Shown here in pieces: positions 1 through 10,847 of a stretch of 64,000 bases of DNA. Under the pieces are notes generated by a model. It was not told the origin of the DNA. It searched no databases and was given only the letters and a program-made list of their open reading frames with translations. The position numbers were made by a program, and so were the translations under genes. Source of the stretch: Bacillota bacterium (lineage in GTDB: Bacteria > Bacillota > Clostridia > Tissierellales > Peptoniphilaceae). How positions within the stretch are numbered: position 1 is the first letter of the stretch; each line of letters starts with the position of its first letter. The DNA is taken from assembly GCA_023394045.1 (NCBI GenBank), contig JAEXBN010000043.1, positions 12,208-76,207 on the forward strand. The letters run 5' to 3'.

Positions 1-2
1 AT

Positions 3-626
3 GTGGAGAGCCATATTACACGTTTGGCGCAGATGGCGCGCGCCTGTGGGATTCACCTGATTATTGCAACGCAGCGTCCATCGGTGGATGTCATCACCGG
101 AACGATTAAAGCGAACATTCCCTCGCGGATTTCGTTTCAGGTTTCCTCCTCCATCGATTCCAGAACCATTCTGGATCAAAGCGGGGCGGAGAAGCTTCTT
201 GGAAAAGGGGATATGCTTTATTTTCCTTCAACGCTTCAAAAGCCGAAGCGAATGCAGGGGGCTTTCGTGACCGATGGGGAGGTGCAGCATGTCGTTCAGT
301 ATCTTTCCGATCAGCATCAGGTGGAATATGATGCGGCATTGATTGAAAAGCTGGAAACAGAGGTACCGGAAGTGGAGTTGACCGGAGGAGATGATGAGAG
401 CCGGGATCCGCTGATGGATGAAGTGATGGAATTTATCAAACATGAAGAGACGACCTCCATCAGCGGCTTGCAGCGGCGCTTTCGGATTGGATACGCGCGG
501 GCAGGAAGAATCATTGATGAATTGGAGATGATGGGAGCCATTTCTTCGCAAGATGGGGCAAAACCCCGAAAAATCTATGTGAGAGAAGAGCATCAAAGCG
601 AGGGGCAGGATGAATCTAGCGAATAA
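3..626 (+). CDS. ftsK: DNA translocase FtsK/SpoIIIE, C-terminal part (truncated by window edge)
   Basis: [39 protein letters not shown] and the gamma-domain motif [17 protein letters not shown]. Confidence 0.97.
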   Translation: MESHITRLAQMARACGIHLIIATQRPSVDVITGTIKANIPSRISFQVSSSIDSRTILDQSGAEKLLGKGDMLYFPSTLQKPKRMQGAFVTDGEVQHVVQYLSDQHQVEYDAALIEKLETEVPEVELTGGDDESRDPLMDEVMEFIKHEETTSISGLQRRFRIGYARAGRIIDELEMMGAISSQDGAKPRKIYVREEHQSEGQDESSE

Positions 627-1155
627 GGTGACGATGTTAAGGCTCTGTCTGATTCCGGTCTTTGTCATCAGCTATCTGTGGCTTCCGGAAACCAGTGTGA
701 TGCCTGTGTTACTTTTTGCCATAGCCAGTGCCACTGATTTTGTGGATGGGCACATTGCACGAAGCCGACATTTAGTGACGACATTTGGAAAGTTTATGGA
801 TCCGCTGGTGGATAAGGTATTAACACTCTCTGCCTTTATTTTGCTGGCGGAACGCGACCGCATCGCCGGCTGGATCGTTGTCATTATCGTTTCTCGGGAA
901 CTCATGATTACCGGCTTTCGCACGATTGCGGCATCTGCCGGAGTGACGATCGCGGCATCGATTTGGGGAAAATATAAAACGACGTTTCAGATGCTCTCCA
1001 TTTTAGTGCTGATGATGGAGAGAAACTTCCTGTCTTTTCTGGAACCGCTGCCCGTGGCAGAAGGAATGGTGGCGCTGGCGACCATTTTTACGGTTCTTTC
1101 CGGAGTCGATTATCTGATGAAGAATAAAGATGTTCTCGATTTAGAGCACATCTGA
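610..1155 (+). CDS. pgsA: CDP-diacylglycerol--glycerol-3-phosphate 3-phosphatidyltransferase
   Basis: CDP-alcohol phosphotransferase motif DFVDGHIAR...[11 protein letters not shown]; lies between ftsK and recA. Confidence 0.95.
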   Translation: MNLANKVTMLRLCLIPVFVISYLWLPETSVMPVLLFAIASATDFVDGHIARSRHLVTTFGKFMDPLVDKVLTLSAFILLAERDRIAGWIVVIIVSRELMITGFRTIAASAGVTIAASIWGKYKTTFQMLSILVLMMERNFLSFLEPLPVAEGMVALATIFTVLSGVDYLMKNKDVLDLEHI

Positions 1156-1179
1156 TTGAATCATGCATAGGGAGGAATC

Positions 1180-2280
1180 ATGGCAATCAACAAAATCATG
1201 AATGCAAAAGACAAACAAGCAGCGTTGAAAACGGCTTTTACACAAATCGAAAAGCAGTTTGGGAAGGGCGCCATCATGAAGCTTGGAGACATGCCAAAGA
1301 TGGAAATTGATATTATTCCGACGGGAGTGATCAATTTGGATCTTGCTTTGGGGGTCGGAGGCTTGCCGCGCGGCCGTGTGATTGAGATCTATGGTCCGGA
1401 AAGCTCCGGAAAGACCACGCTTGCCCTGGAGTGCATTGCGGAAGCTCAGAGGCGCGGCGGCATTGCCGCCTTTATTGATGCGGAGCATGCTCTGGATGTT
1501 GCGTATGCGAAACGGCTCGGCGTGGATACGGATAATTTAGTGCTTTCTCAGCCCGATGATGGCGAGTCGGCGCTGGAGATTCTTGAGAGTCTGGCTCGCT
1601 CGAATGCGGTGGATATCATCGTTTTGGATTCGGTTGCTGCATTGGTTTCACGTGCCGAAATTGAAGGCGATATGGGGGATACCCACGTCGGTCTGTTGGC
1701 GCGGCTGATGAGTCAGGCGCTCCGCAAATTGACGCCTGTGGTGTCCAAATCGAATACGACCGTGGTTTTCTTAAACCAGATCCGACAGAAGATCGGATCG
1801 ACCTATGGAAATCCTGAGGTGACGACGGGCGGCGTGGCGCTGAAGTTTTATTCCACGATTCGTATGGAAATTCGTAAAGGCGAGCCCATTAAAAATGGAG
1901 AGGAAATCATCGGAAACCGGGCGAAGCTCAAAATCGCAAAAAATAAGGTTGCGCCTCCGTTCAAACGGGTGGAGTTTGATATAATGTTTGGTACAGGCAT
2001 TTCTAAACTCGGCGCATTGTTTGATACCGCTCAGGATCTTGGTCTGGTTGTCCGCGCTGGGGCATGGTATAGCTATGGAGAGGAACGCCTGGGTCAGGGA
2101 CGTGAGAATTCGAAAAAATTCCTGGATGAAAATCCGGAATTGCGCGCTAGACTTGAAGAAGAAGTACGTGCGACTCTTGGGAAGCCTCGTGAGGAATCAT
2201 CGAAACCGGAGAAATCCGAATCGAAGAAAAGCAAGGCATCCGAACCAGAAATGGACGAAGACACTTTCCCTCTCGACTAA
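1180..2280 (+). CDS. recA: Recombinase RecA
   Basis: GPESSGKTT Walker [30 protein letters not shown]. Confidence 0.99.
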   Translation: MAINKIMNAKDKQAALKTAFTQIEKQFGKGAIMKLGDMPKMEIDIIPTGVINLDLALGVGGLPRGRVIEIYGPESSGKTTLALECIAEAQRRGGIAAFIDAEHALDVAYAKRLGVDTDNLVLSQPDDGESALEILESLARSNAVDIIVLDSVAALVSRAEIEGDMGDTHVGLLARLMSQALRKLTPVVSKSNTTVVFLNQIRQKIGSTYGNPEVTTGGVALKFYSTIRMEIRKGEPIKNGEEIIGNRAKLKIAKNKVAPPFKRVEFDIMFGTGISKLGALFDTAQDLGLVVRAGAWYSYGEERLGQGRENSKKFLDENPELRARLEEEVRATLGKPREESSKPEKSESKKSKASEPEMDEDTFPLD

Positions 2281-2321
2281 TTTGAAGTTTCAAAAAAATC
2301 TAAAGGAAAGGAGGAATACCA

Positions 2322-3872
2322 ATGGAAATCGGTCAAATATTGCCTGTGGTTTTTAGCTTTGCTGCAGGCAGTCTACTGTTTTTCTTTGTCGGAAATAAAG
2401 TGCAATCCAACCGCCACGCCTCAAAAATCGGTTCAGCAGAAAACCTTGCTGCAAAGATTCTTGATGATGCGAATCATGAAGCTGAAACCTATAAAAAAGA
2501 GGCTTTGCTGGAAGCGAAGGAAGAAATTCATCGCCTTCGGGATGAGCAGGAAGCGCAGGTTCTGCGCCGCCAAAATGAGCTGCAGGAAATGGAACGCCGT
2601 TTAATTAAGCGTGAAGATTTGCTGGATGAAAAGACAGCTCAGGTGGAAAAGCAGGATCAGAAGCTGGCAAGAGATGCGGAGCGGATTCGTCGCAAAGAGG
2701 CACAAGCGGATCAGTTGATTCATGATCGCCAGAGTGAGCTGGAACGTATCGCCGGGCTTCGGGAGACGGAAGCTCGTGATATGGTGCTGGAAAAGGCTCG
2801 TGAAGATGCCGTACATGAACGTGCACAGATCTTGCGTGAAGAAGAAGCGAGAACTCGTGATGAAGCGGAAGCGAAGGCGCGTGAAATCGTCACTCGTACG
2901 GTGCAGCGCTATGCTTCGGATTATGTCGCTGAGTCGACGGTCTCCGTCGTCGCATTGCCGAATGATGAAATGAAAGGTCGTATCATCGGACGTGAGGGAC
3001 GCAATATCCGCGCGTTTGAGCAGGTAACCGGCGTTGATCTGATTATCGACGATACGCCAAATGCCGTCGTTTTGTCCTGTTTTGATCCGGTTCGCCGCGA
3101 AAAGGCGCGTGTGGCGCTGGAGAAGCTCATCGTGGATGGGCGGATTCATCCCACTCGCATCGAAGAACTCTATCAGAAAGCAGAGCAGGAGGTAGAGCAT
3201 TCCATCCGCGAGGCCGGAGAGTTGGCTGTTGAAACGGTGGGCATCCGCAATGTGCATCCTGAGTTGATCAAGATTCTTGGAAAATTAAAGTACCGTACGT
3301 CCTATGGACAAAATGCGCTGGGGCATACCATTGAGGTTACTCAGATCGCAGGGATGTTAGCCACGGAGCTGGGCGCGAACGTCAAGATTGCGAAGCGCGG
3401 CGGATTATTCCATGATCTGGGAAAAGCTATCGATCATGAAATTGAACTGCCACATGTGGAGCTCGGGGTGCGTTTGGCGAAGAAATACAAGGAAAGTAAG
3501 GAAGTCATTCATTGTATTGAAGCGCACCATAATGATGTGGAGCCTGTCACGCTGGAGGCGTTTATTGTGATGGCGGCGGATGCGATTTCGGCAGCCCGCC
3601 CGGGTGCACGCCGTGAATCGACAGAGAACTATATTAAGCGTCTCGAAGATCTGGAAGCGATCACGAAGTCCTTCCCCGGCATTGAGACCTCTTATGCCAT
3701 CCAGGCCGGGCGCGAAGTTCGTATCGCCGTTAAGCCGGATCAGGTATCCGAGGATCAGATGGTCATTCTGGTGCATGATATTGCAAAGAAGATCGAGGAA
3801 GAACTGGAATATCCCGGTCAGATTCGAATCAATATTGTCAGGGAAACCCGTGTCAGCGATGTGGCGAAATAA
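2322..3872 (+). CDS. rny: Ribonuclease Y
   Basis: N-terminal TM helix, coiled coil, KH domain (KGRIIGREGRNIR), HD domain (HDLGK); follows recA. Confidence 0.97.
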   Translation: MEIGQILPVVFSFAAGSLLFFFVGNKVQSNRHASKIGSAENLAAKILDDANHEAETYKKEALLEAKEEIHRLRDEQEAQVLRRQNELQEMERRLIKREDLLDEKTAQVEKQDQKLARDAERIRRKEAQADQLIHDRQSELERIAGLRETEARDMVLEKAREDAVHERAQILREEEARTRDEAEAKAREIVTRTVQRYASDYVAESTVSVVALPNDEMKGRIIGREGRNIRAFEQVTGVDLIIDDTPNAVVLSCFDPVRREKARVALEKLIVDGRIHPTRIEELYQKAEQEVEHSIREAGELAVETVGIRNVHPELIKILGKLKYRTSYGQNALGHTIEVTQIAGMLATELGANVKIAKRGGLFHDLGKAIDHEIELPHVELGVRLAKKYKESKEVIHCIEAHHNDVEPVTLEAFIVMAADAISAARPGARRESTENYIKRLEDLEAITKSFPGIETSYAIQAGREVRIAVKPDQVSEDQMVILVHDIAKKIEEELEYPGQIRINIVRETRVSDVAK

Positions 3873-3897
3873 TCATCCGGACACTGCATTCAAAAAG

Positions 3898-3941
3898 AAA
3901 AGCGGCATCGCCTTCACGCCATGTGAACGATGCCGCTTTTT
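3898..3941 (+). terminator. Intrinsic terminator after rny
   Basis: AAAAGCGGCATCG...CGATGCCGCTTTTT inverted repeat with an inner TTCAC/GTGAA stem. Confidence 0.85.
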
Positions 3942-4162
3942 CGATTGGAGGAGCCATTCGGCCGCGTCAGCGCATCCAGTTCAAGCCGATAAAATCTCTC
4001 TTTTCATCCTGTTCGGGTCGCTTCTGTTGGCGTTCTTCGCGCTCTTTTTGCACCATCTGAGCGAATATCATCTCAAATGGTATCAGAATGATGATATAAT
4101 CAAGCAAAGATCAAGGCATACGCTCCAGTCAATCAAAACAGAGGGAAGAGTGGAAAAAGAAA

Positions 4163-5164
4163 ATGCTAGAGGCGTCCATCAGTAGACCGACAAACAGACA
4201 GACAGCGAGAGGAAAGAATCGAGAAGCATTTTCTGATCCGAACGTCTTGGTTCGATTAAGAGAAGTGGAATTAAAACCAGAAAATCAGGAAAAATTAAGT
4301 AAAATCAAATCGGAAATGAGCGATAACGTCTCCCGAAGGAGATGGACGATCGCGATTGGGGTCATCGCTACGATCGTGAGTCTTTCAACGTTAAAAACGA
4401 TTGGTTTCTTCTTCGTCGGGGTGATTTGGTATGTTGTACGCAAAATGAACCGTTCGAAGAACAACATGAATGATGTTTCTTATGTGGATCACTTTTTATT
4501 ACCGGTATTAAACGAGGTGATCCCTGATGCTCAAATTGAGTATTACGGAGGGATCGAAGAAGATGTTTTATGTGAGGTGACCCCTGAGTCATCAACGTAT
4601 GACACCGATTGTCACATCATCTTTAACGATGAGTATCACTGCGAATTTTGCAATCTTTATTCCCACCATACGGAGGAGGACTCCGATAACCATAGCAAAG
4701 AAGTCACCGATTTCTACGGACAAGTGTTCATTGCGAGATATGAAACAAACTTAGTGGGACATGTGAGAATACTTCCGACAACGAAGAGTATGATCTTTGG
4801 GAAAGAACGTCACTATGGATATGAAAAGGTCAGCAAAGAGGAAACCGCGATAGAAACGGAGGACATTCGGTTTAATGATAAACATAATGTTTATTGCACC
4901 GATGAGCTGTCTACTAGGACGTTTCTCAATCCATTGATGCTTACCGTATTAGATGAATGGGCGGAAAAAATGCCGGTAACCGTCTACGTCAATTCGCATC
5001 TTGTTGCGGTGTCATTTTATTCCCATGAGATCGTTTTAAGGTCGCCAAGGAGCAAGAGAGAGATTGAGAACTTATCTTTATCAAAAGAATATGAAAATGT
5101 GCAGCGAGGGCTCAGGGATTTTTATTCCCTTCTGGATACCATGAATGAACAGATGCAAAGGTGA
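4163..5164 (+). CDS. Membrane protein, DUF3137-like
   Basis: Two adjacent N-terminal TM segments, then FYGQVF and ETEDIRFNDKHNVYCTDELSTRTFLNP; paired with lemA. Confidence 0.65.
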   Translation: MLEASISRPTNRQTARGKNREAFSDPNVLVRLREVELKPENQEKLSKIKSEMSDNVSRRRWTIAIGVIATIVSLSTLKTIGFFFVGVIWYVVRKMNRSKNNMNDVSYVDHFLLPVLNEVIPDAQIEYYGGIEEDVLCEVTPESSTYDTDCHIIFNDEYHCEFCNLYSHHTEEDSDNHSKEVTDFYGQVFIARYETNLVGHVRILPTTKSMIFGKERHYGYEKVSKEETAIETEDIRFNDKHNVYCTDELSTRTFLNPLMLTVLDEWAEKMPVTVYVNSHLVAVSFYSHEIVLRSPRSKREIENLSLSKEYENVQRGLRDFYSLLDTMNEQMQR

Positions 5165-5223
5165 ACGGAAAACGGATTGTATGATTCCATTCAGTCAAAA
5201 GATTCGGAGAGAGGTGCTTAAAA

Positions 5224-5790
5224 ATGATTGATTTTACAAAAGTGGGGATGATTGCAGGAGCTTTATTGTTGATTGCGATTTTGGCTTGGTCTATTAAAAC
5301 AGGCAATCGATTCGCAAGGTATTTAGTTATTATTGAAGAATCGAAGAAAAATGTGGATATCGCCTTAGCAAAGCGGTATGATACCATCCTTGAAATGTTA
5401 AAGATTGCCAAGTCTTATGCACAACATGAAGAAAAAATTTTCGTTGAATTGGTTCAGTTAAGACAAGGCGCATCGGTTTTAGAGATCAACGAGGCCATGA
5501 AATCGCAAGAAAAGGCCTTAAATCAGATCTTTGCGGTCGGAGAGAATTATCCTCAAATGATGTCCTCGCAGCAGTTCTTGAATCTTCAGAACGAAATCGC
5601 CCAGGAGAACGAACAACTTGCTGCGGCAAAACGCATTGTCAATAGCAACGTGAGCTTGTTAAATCAGCTGGCAGTATCATTCCCAGCATCCATTGTGGCG
5701 TCAATGAAATCCATTAAACGAATGGACTTTTTAACGGAAGAAAATATTGACAATAAAAAGTCAATTAGTGATTTCGACTATAGCATTTAA
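5224..5790 (+). CDS. lemA: LemA family protein
   Basis: N-terminal TM, NVDIALAKRYD, AVGENYPQM, FLNLQNEI...ENEQL, SFPASIVA. Confidence 0.9.
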   Translation: MIDFTKVGMIAGALLLIAILAWSIKTGNRFARYLVIIEESKKNVDIALAKRYDTILEMLKIAKSYAQHEEKIFVELVQLRQGASVLEINEAMKSQEKALNQIFAVGENYPQMMSSQQFLNLQNEIAQENEQLAAAKRIVNSNVSLLNQLAVSFPASIVASMKSIKRMDFLTEENIDNKKSISDFDYSI

Positions 5791-5804
5791 GTTATATTTT
5801 CACA

Positions 5805-6077
5805 TCATCCCTGACGCTTGGATTTGCCATCCAAAGGATGGTGGCAGTGCGGACAGGCAGAGGGAAGGGGAAACATGCGTTTTCCCAGATGTTTTCCGCA
5901 GTAGGGGCAGCGCCACCAATGATAATCTAGATAGGCTGAGCCGCCAAAGAAGAGCAGAAGAAATCCAAGGGGAATCCATGGATGAATGGGGAATGGCTCA
6001 AAGAGAACGATGAACAGCGAAGCGGTTCCCAGCAATCGAAGAAGAAAGCTGAGGGCGGAGATGTGGCGCAGGTTCAT
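5805..6077 (-). CDS. Small two-TM membrane protein with C-terminal zinc ribbon
   Basis: ATG at 6077 overlaps the upstream stop codon (ATGA); two hydrophobic segments then CPYC...CPHC. Confidence 0.75.
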   Translation of the reverse strand: MNLRHISALSFLLRLLGTASLFIVLFEPFPIHPWIPLGFLLLFFGGSAYLDYHWWRCPYCGKHLGKRMFPLPSACPHCHHPLDGKSKRQG

Positions 6078-8854
6078 GATTGGGGCTTTCCTTTTTTGTT
6101 TGAGTTCGAGCGATGCTCGGTCCATGCCAAGAAGATCAGGGTGATGGCGGCGATCCCGCTCACAATGATCCCTGTTTTCAGGTAGGGGAGATGATAGGTC
6201 ATGATCAGCGTATGGGAGCCAGGTGAAACCGGGAGCGCGGTTAGAGCACCGAGCGCCTTGATCGGCTCGACCGTTTTTCCGTCGATGGTTGCGCTCCAGC
6301 CCTGGTCGTAAGGCATGCTGAGGAGGAGATAGGGGGTTTGTTCTGAAGCGTGGAAGCTCCCTTTGAATTGTGTGGAGCGGAACGAAGAAATCTGGAGTCC
6401 ATTTTTCTGCTGGAAATGAACCGCTTCTTTCAAGGCCTCTTCATCCAACTCAAACAGCGCCATGTGATTCAGGCGGAACGTTTTCTTTGAGTTTTTCATC
6501 TCAATGGCCAATGTTTGTGTCTGTTCAGGCTGATTGGCAGAAGCCACGTTGAGCACTTGGGAGGTGCTGACGGATCCCGTGCGCTTGTTTTTGATTTTCT
6601 CCCCATTGAGATATAGCGTGGAGTTATCTGCATTGAAGGTTTCCGAAATGGTCAGATAAGCCGAGCGGTGTCCGTTGGTATGAATTGTATAGTTTAAGCG
6701 CGCGGGGATCGTTTCATCGGCATTCACGCGCGTTAATGTTGAGATTTGGTCTTTGGATTCGCTTTGCTTGAGATTTTCAAGTTCAGGATCGTCCAACGGT
6801 TGCAGTGCAAAATAGTTGATATCGGTATTTGCTTTTCCATCAATCATATTGGCGATCGCATCTTGTAGATCGATCGGATTGCGTCGCCCCACCTCAAAAG
6901 AAGGCAATTCCGCTTCTGCCAGCATGCCTAGAGGCATGCTCCATGGATTTTCATGAATCTCAATCGCCGATGTCTCATTCTTAATGGGCATTTCTTCAAG
7001 ATCCGGACGATTGACCTTGGCTTTGAATTGGTCTGCGCCAACCAGCGCTCGTTCGGATTCATGTGGAGCCAGATAGTAGCGCGTTCCAAAGAACGCATCG
7101 ATGAACTTTGTGGCATTCCCGCCATTTGTTGATGCGCGTGCACGCGCCAGACCTAGGGAAGAGAGAAATTCAACCGTATCATATTCATAGGTGGAATTGA
7201 AATGTGAAAGGCTGCTGAACCCAAACCGCATGCCATCGTTCCCGTCGTGTTGAAAGATGGAGCCGATGCGGTAAAAATTTTGTTCATCGGGTCGAATTGA
7301 CTTTAAGGCCTGATTCATTTCCTGGTCATAGAGGCTGAAGGCCGAAGCGGATTCATAGTTGAATGTTCCTGTGTAAAAGGCGGCATTGACGGTCAATTCG
7401 AGAAAGGAGAGCACAAAAAGAGCGAGAAGCCACCGCTGGCGCTTTTTTGAGGGACCTTTTTTTCTGAATTGAAGCAAAATCAGAACAAGCAGAACCAGCA
7501 GCACGCCCATGGCCAGCAGATGATATGGGGTCAGAAATTGGAGCGATTTGGGAGGATCAGAATGAATCCGCCATGCAAAATAGGCGATTAAGGCCAAATA
7601 GAATCCGGAAAAGAGCAGAATGGAGGATCCTTGCATCCGGCGCATGCGCCGGATGCCCCGGAACCCGAGAAGCAGGACAAAAAAGCCATATACCCATGAA
7701 AATCGGAAGTTGTACCAGATGGGATATTGCATGCCATGCCAGAGGAGATTCAAGATGCGCATATTCATGCTGAGGAGCAGGAAGAGCAGCAGAAACAGAC
7801 TGGCAAATTTTTCACGTTTTAAGATATGCGGCTGCACAAAGTACAGGAACAAAGCAAAGATGGAAAATGTTCCGGTAAAGATGTTTGCGAATCCGTGCGA
7901 AACCTGATCAAAATCGAAGGCCGCTGGAAACAAACGGGACAAGGGATCCAGCCACGGATAGGCATTGGACCAGCGATATTGAATCAGATCTTGATACGGA
8001 CCCTTGCTCATCATCAGGGAATATCCTGTCGGGAGAAGAATGACCGCGCATAAGAGGGCGGCGACCAGAGAACTGAATCCAAAATAGACAAATTGATGCC
8101 ACGCATTCTTCAGTGCTGCTTTCCGTGTACGAGTATGCATTCCTGAGCGCCGAATCAACGCCCAAATGGCATAGAGTCCAAGAAAAAGACAGAGCATATA
8201 AGCGGCATAAAAGTTGGTCAAGATGCTCCATGCGAGCAGGAGAATATAGGGAATGGCACTTTTCCCATCGAACATTCTTTCCAGCATCAGGATAATCAGA
8301 GGAAGCAGAAGGATGGGATCCAGCCACATGAGATTGAGCAGATTGGCGACAACGAATCCCATGAGGGCATAGGGGACGGAAAAGAGAAGAACAAGGATGG
8401 AATCTCCATGTTCTTTCTTAATGAGGAAAATTGCAAAAAAGGCGCCCGCCAGACCCACCTTCAAAAGCTGAATGAGTTCGATGGCCATCGGAAGATCTTT
8501 CGACGGAAAAAGGAAAATCAAGAGATTCAGCGGGCTGGTGAGATAGTAAGCCACAGTTCCGCTCATCACTCCGCCTAGTCCCTTGGTGAAATTATAGAGG
8601 AGGGAACCGGGATCCTGTAGGGCGTTGCGCATGGCTTCAAAGAAGCCCACGTATTGATTGCGCAGATCGACGGTCAAGGTGGTCAGATCGCCAAAAGGAA
8701 AGATTCCCATATAGATGAGACCGGGGAGTAGCAGCAAAATGGGGATGAGAAAACTCATCCCCACGAGAAAGAAGGGAAATTTCTGCTTGGTTTTTCGCGA
8801 GCGGAACGTAAGAAGATGCCGCGCGTTTTTGTATTCAGAGATTTTCCTATTCAT
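6074..8854 (-). CDS. YfhO-family polytopic membrane protein (putative GT-C glycosyltransferase)
   Basis: 926 aa with many TMs; VDLRNQYVGF, YYLTSPLNL, C-terminal SMPYDQGWSATIDGK...PGSHTL. Confidence 0.85.
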   Translation of the reverse strand: MNRKISEYKNARHLLTFRSRKTKQKFPFFLVGMSFLIPILLLLPGLIYMGIFPFGDLTTLTVDLRNQYVGFFEAMRNALQDPGSLLYNFTKGLGGVMSGTVAYYLTSPLNLLIFLFPSKDLPMAIELIQLLKVGLAGAFFAIFLIKKEHGDSILVLLFSVPYALMGFVVANLLNLMWLDPILLLPLIILMLERMFDGKSAIPYILLLAWSILTNFYAAYMLCLFLGLYAIWALIRRSGMHTRTRKAALKNAWHQFVYFGFSSLVAALLCAVILLPTGYSLMMSKGPYQDLIQYRWSNAYPWLDPLSRLFPAAFDFDQVSHGFANIFTGTFSIFALFLYFVQPHILKREKFASLFLLLFLLLSMNMRILNLLWHGMQYPIWYNFRFSWVYGFFVLLLGFRGIRRMRRMQGSSILLFSGFYLALIAYFAWRIHSDPPKSLQFLTPYHLLAMGVLLVLLVLILLQFRKKGPSKKRQRWLLALFVLSFLELTVNAAFYTGTFNYESASAFSLYDQEMNQALKSIRPDEQNFYRIGSIFQHDGNDGMRFGFSSLSHFNSTYEYDTVEFLSSLGLARARASTNGGNATKFIDAFFGTRYYLAPHESERALVGADQFKAKVNRPDLEEMPIKNETSAIEIHENPWSMPLGMLAEAELPSFEVGRRNPIDLQDAIANMIDGKANTDINYFALQPLDDPELENLKQSESKDQISTLTRVNADETIPARLNYTIHTNGHRSAYLTISETFNADNSTLYLNGEKIKNKRTGSVSTSQVLNVASANQPEQTQTLAIEMKNSKKTFRLNHMALFELDEEALKEAVHFQQKNGLQISSFRSTQFKGSFHASEQTPYLLLSMPYDQGWSATIDGKTVEPIKALGALTALPVSPGSHTLIMTYHLPYLKTGIIVSGIAAITLIFLAWTEHRSNSNKKGKPQS

Positions 8855-8916
8855 ATGCCATCCTTTTTATTTTTCCTCAGAATGCCGAAGATACCGGAAT
8901 GTGTTGATCAAATGGT

Positions 8917-10590
8917 TCATTCAGGCTTATAGCTGTCGCGCAACGTGACAATGCGATTGAAGATCCGATGCTCCGACGTGGAGCGGAGACGATCTTCACA
9001 GAAGAACCCCTTACGCATGAACTGGTATCGCGTTTCCGGATCATGATCCGTTGTAAGCCACGGTTCGACCACAGCGGAGGGGATGATTTCGAGAGAATCC
9101 GGATTGATGAGATCCCGGTAGTCTCCCTCTGCGGCATCCGGATTTTCTACAGAAAAGAGCGGATTATAGAGGCGAATTTCTGCACGAACCCCCTCTTCGA
9201 CGGGCACCCAGTGAATGGTGCCTTTAATTTTGCGGCCGTCTGCGGGGTTGCCGCCGAAGGAATCCGGATCATAGTCAGCGTGAACCGCAATCACCTTTCC
9301 GTCTTCGTCGGTATCATATCCGGTGGCGCGGACGATATAGGCATTTTGTAGGCGGACTTCATTGCCGGGGAAAAGGCGGAAGTACTTTTTCGGCGGATCA
9401 ATTTCGAAATCTTCTCGTTCAATCCACACTTCGCGCCGGAAGGGAATCTCATGGGATCCCATTTCCGAATGTTTCGGATGGTTGGGGATCGAGCACCATT
9501 CCACCCGGTCTTCCGGATAGTTATCGATGATGAGCCGGATCGGATCGAGCACGGCCATGGCGCGAGGAGCCGATTCATTCAGATCTTCACGGACGCAATA
9601 CTCCAAAAAGCGGGCATCCACCATGCTATCTGTTTTTGCCACGCCGATTCGGTCGCAGAAGTTGCGGATACTCGCTGGAGTATATCCGCGGCGGCGGAGC
9701 CCGCGAATGGTCGGCAGACGAGGATCATCCCAGCCATCTACCAGCCCTTCTTCGACCATGGCACGAAGTTTGCGCTTGGACATGACCGTGTTGGTCAGAT
9801 TGAGGCGCGCGAATTCAATTTGCCGCGGATTCCCGGGAATATCGGTATGTTCAATCACCCAATTGTACAGGGGGCGATGATCTTCAAATTCCAGCGTACA
9901 TAAGGAGTGTGTGACTCCTTCGATCGCATCTTCCAGCGGATGGGCAAAATCGTACATCGGATAGATGCACCAAGCATCTCCTTGGCGGTGATGGTGAAGG
10001 TGAGCAATGCGATAGAGCACGGGGTCTCTCATGTTGATGTTCCCGGAGGACATATCGATGCGGGCGCGAAGGGTCTTTTCTCCATCCTTAAATTCGCCGG
10101 CACGCATGCGCGCAAAAAGATCCAAATTTTCTTCAACGCTACGCGAACGGAAGGGACTCTCTTTTCCCGGTTCGGTCAGGGTTCCGCGATAGGCGCGCAT
10201 CTCTTCCGCTGAAAGGTCATCAACGAATGCCAGCCCTTTACGAATCAGAACACAGGCCGCTTCATACATCTGTTCAAAGTAATCCGATGCATAATAAAAG
10301 CGATCATCCCAATCAAAACCGAGCCATTTCACATCTTCCCGGATGGAATCAACAAAGGAGGTTTCTTCTTTCTGCGGGTTGGTATCGTCCATGCGGAGAT
10401 TGCAGATTCCGCCGTATTTTAATGCCGTACCGAAGTCCATATTGATCGCCTTGGCATGACCAATATGAAGATATCCGTTCGGCTCAGGAGGAAAGCGGGT
10501 TACGATCTGTTTGCCTTCCACGCGGCCGCCGGGCGCCATCTCTTCTTCAACAATCTGATGGATGAAGTTTGTTGTCTGATTTTCGCTCAT
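8917..10590 (-). CDS. glnS: Glutamine--tRNA ligase
   Basis: TRFPPEPNGYLHIGHAK, YPMYDFAH, MSKRKL, GWDDPRLPT. Confidence 0.97.
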   Translation of the reverse strand: MSENQTTNFIHQIVEEEMAPGGRVEGKQIVTRFPPEPNGYLHIGHAKAINMDFGTALKYGGICNLRMDDTNPQKEETSFVDSIREDVKWLGFDWDDRFYYASDYFEQMYEAACVLIRKGLAFVDDLSAEEMRAYRGTLTEPGKESPFRSRSVEENLDLFARMRAGEFKDGEKTLRARIDMSSGNINMRDPVLYRIAHLHHHRQGDAWCIYPMYDFAHPLEDAIEGVTHSLCTLEFEDHRPLYNWVIEHTDIPGNPRQIEFARLNLTNTVMSKRKLRAMVEEGLVDGWDDPRLPTIRGLRRRGYTPASIRNFCDRIGVAKTDSMVDARFLEYCVREDLNESAPRAMAVLDPIRLIIDNYPEDRVEWCSIPNHPKHSEMGSHEIPFRREVWIEREDFEIDPPKKYFRLFPGNEVRLQNAYIVRATGYDTDEDGKVIAVHADYDPDSFGGNPADGRKIKGTIHWVPVEEGVRAEIRLYNPLFSVENPDAAEGDYRDLINPDSLEIIPSAVVEPWLTTDHDPETRYQFMRKGFFCEDRLRSTSEHRIFNRIVTLRDSYKPE

Positions 10591-10681
10591 ATCGCCTCCT
10601 TGAAATACTTAGGTCATATTATATCACGACTCGATGGCCTGTCGCATTTCCGCTTCGGGGGCATCCTTCTTCTTTGCTGCC

Positions 10682-10710
10682 TTGACGAAAAAAGATTGCT
10701 TTGCAATAAT
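10682..10710 (+). promoter_or_regulatory. Putative sigma-A promoter of argS-arc operon
   Basis: TTGACG-17 bp-AATAAT with an extended TG. Confidence 0.55.
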
Positions 10711-10847
10711 TAACTCAATAGAGCCTCGGAGAGCCGGGGAGCAGGAGGTTTTCCCGTTATGTCTGATCTGTTCAGCAGCAGGTGAAAACTTTTTTCATGT
10801 ATGGATGCCTGTAAACATCTATAAGGATAAGTAGAGCGGGAGAAGCA

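Noticed and set aside
3967..4056. Short minus-strand ORF MVQKEREERQQKRPEQDEKRDFIGLNWMR
   Set aside because: About 29 aa, with no clear RBS and no recognisable motif.
3580..4185. 201-aa + strand ORF overlapping the end of rny
   Set aside because: Alternative frame of rny that runs through a terminator; no protein motifs.
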